A stretch of 64,000 nt of DNA from contig NC_090339.1 of NCBI RefSeq assembly GCF_035084215.1, positions 11,470,001 through 11,534,000 on the forward strand, in the 5' to 3' direction. This DNA comes from Heptranchias perlo. Taxonomy: Eukaryota. A model generated the notes under the pieces. The model saw nothing but the letters and a program-made list of their open reading frames with translations, did no database searches and was not told the origin of the DNA. The position numbers and the translations under genes were made by a program. Positions 62,590 to 64,000 of the stretch are shown in pieces. The number at the start of each line of letters is the position of its first letter. Position 1 is the first letter of the stretch.

Positions 62590-63520
62590 TTTCTCTTACT
62601 GAAGAAAGATATTGCCCAAAATGTTAGACTGCCTTTCTCTTCACAGATGCTCCCAGACTTGCTGTATGTTTCCAGATTTCCAACATTTGCAATTTTTTTG
62701 TTTTTGCTTTCTGTTTGTATTGTTTAATTTACTGTCACTTCTCTCTTCCAGGAAGGCAGCCTTGAAGAAGGTTTGTTCCTTTCTTCTTTGTGATTTCCAC
62801 TTGTCTCTTTCACTCAGTTCACAATCATTGTTATTCCTTTCCTTTCTTCTTTGTGACTAAGATTCGCTTTTACAGCCATTTCTCAGCACTTGCCTCCAGT
62901 TCTGACTCATCCCACACGGATTCCACCTAAAGGTCCCTCTTTGGATCCATCCATGATATTCAATGCTCCTCTGACCACTGCAACCCTCCCTCGCCACCTT
63001 GTGCCACTGCATGCTCTCCACCTCTCTCTTCAACTGCATCGTCTCAATCTATTTCATTGTCCTGTAGGAGCTTTCATCTAATTTGACACTTTAACTGAAA
63101 ACCTTCTTTTTCCTACCTTTCCCAGTTAACAAGGACCAAAAGCTCAAACAACTCCTGGATGCCAGCCAATCATTCCAATCTCTTTCTCCCTTTTCTTTTT
63201 TCTGAACTTATTTCTCCTTTTAACCTCAACCTTTCCTGGATTTTTACCCTTTGACTTTTCCATTTCTGACCACTATTGGTTCTTAGCAGGGGACTCACCT
63301 TCAACCCCACCTCAACGACACGATGTTCAGCTCTTCTTCCACTGCCTTTGCCTATGTGCTTTCTTTTGTTTTGGCCAGGACACTCCCTTTTCCCTGAAGC
63401 TTACTCTTTCTCCTGTCTTCAACCTTCCTGATGCTCCTGGATTCTCCATGTGGCCTCTTGCTTTCTCTTGATCTCTTGATCTTATCATCAAGAACTGCCA
63501 GGATAACATCGGCCATCTTA
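62590..63520 (+). mobile_element. Old Penelope-like element: pseudo-LTR with decayed hammerhead plus degenerate ORF start
   Basis: CTGAAGA...CCCAAAATGTT and CACAGATGCT..CAGACTTGCTG; downstream remnants read VLSRGLTF.P, RHDVQLFF, SLDLIIKNC. Confidence 0.6.
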
Positions 63521-63855
63521 AAAAGAAAGACTTTCATGATCTCAGGACGTCCCAAAGCGCTTTACAGCCAATGAAGTATTCTACGAAGGGTAGTCACTGT
63601 TGTAATGTAGCAAACTTGGCAGCCAATTTGTGCACAGCATGTTCCTACAAACAGCAATGAAATAAATGATAATCTGTTTTAGGTGTTGGTTGAGGGATAA
63701 ATGTTGGCCAGGACACCAGGGAGAACCCCTCTGCTCTTCTTTGAAATAGTGCCATGGGATCTTTTATGTCACCTGAGAGGGCAGACAGTTTAACGTCTCG
63801 TCCAAAAGACAGCACCTATGGCGGTGTAGCACTCCTTCAGTACTGCACTGAAGTG
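63520..63855 (-). mobile_element. Deu-domain SINE
   Basis: Collinear with 56490-56780. Confidence 0.85.
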
Positions 63856-64000
63856 GCAAAAATGCTGAACAAATATTTTGTTTCAGTCTTTACAGTAGAG
63901 GACACTAAGAATATCCCAACACTGGACAAACAGGGGACTCTCGGGGGGGAGGAGCTAAATACGATTAAAATCACTCAGGAGATGGTACTCAGTAAAATAA
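63856..64000 (+). mobile_element. CR1 ORF2 fragment running off the window
   Basis: MLNKYFVSVFTVED. Confidence 0.75.

Overview
Vertebrate genomic DNA, most likely from a cartilaginous fish, judging by its repeat families (HER1-like CR1 LINEs, Deu-domain SacSINE1-like SINEs, Tx1, Penelope and Harbinger elements). Most of the window is nested transposon debris and minisatellites, with two assembly gaps. The one confidently recognisable host gene is a TASL/CXorf21-family innate-immune adaptor: minus strand, single coding exon 54815-55735, with an N-terminal EGFL motif and a C-terminal pLxIS motif. It has a candidate upstream exon and a compact IRF/M-box/C-EBP/PU.1 motif cluster. Two small plus-strand exons (6585-6607, 7945-7973) may end an unidentified gene. 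The most unusual structure is a 439-bp ORF-less Penelope-type element at 14687-15125: one copy inserted into another, each with its own TSD, forming an 86-bp perfect palindrome that carries three minimal hammerhead ribozymes with a covarying stem I. Other notable items are a twin-primed (5'-inverted) Tx1, a decayed LTR element hit by two LINEs, and a non-autonomous Harbinger family whose two copies share a frameshift. All calls are by eye; repeat boundaries without a stated TSD or TIR are approximate.
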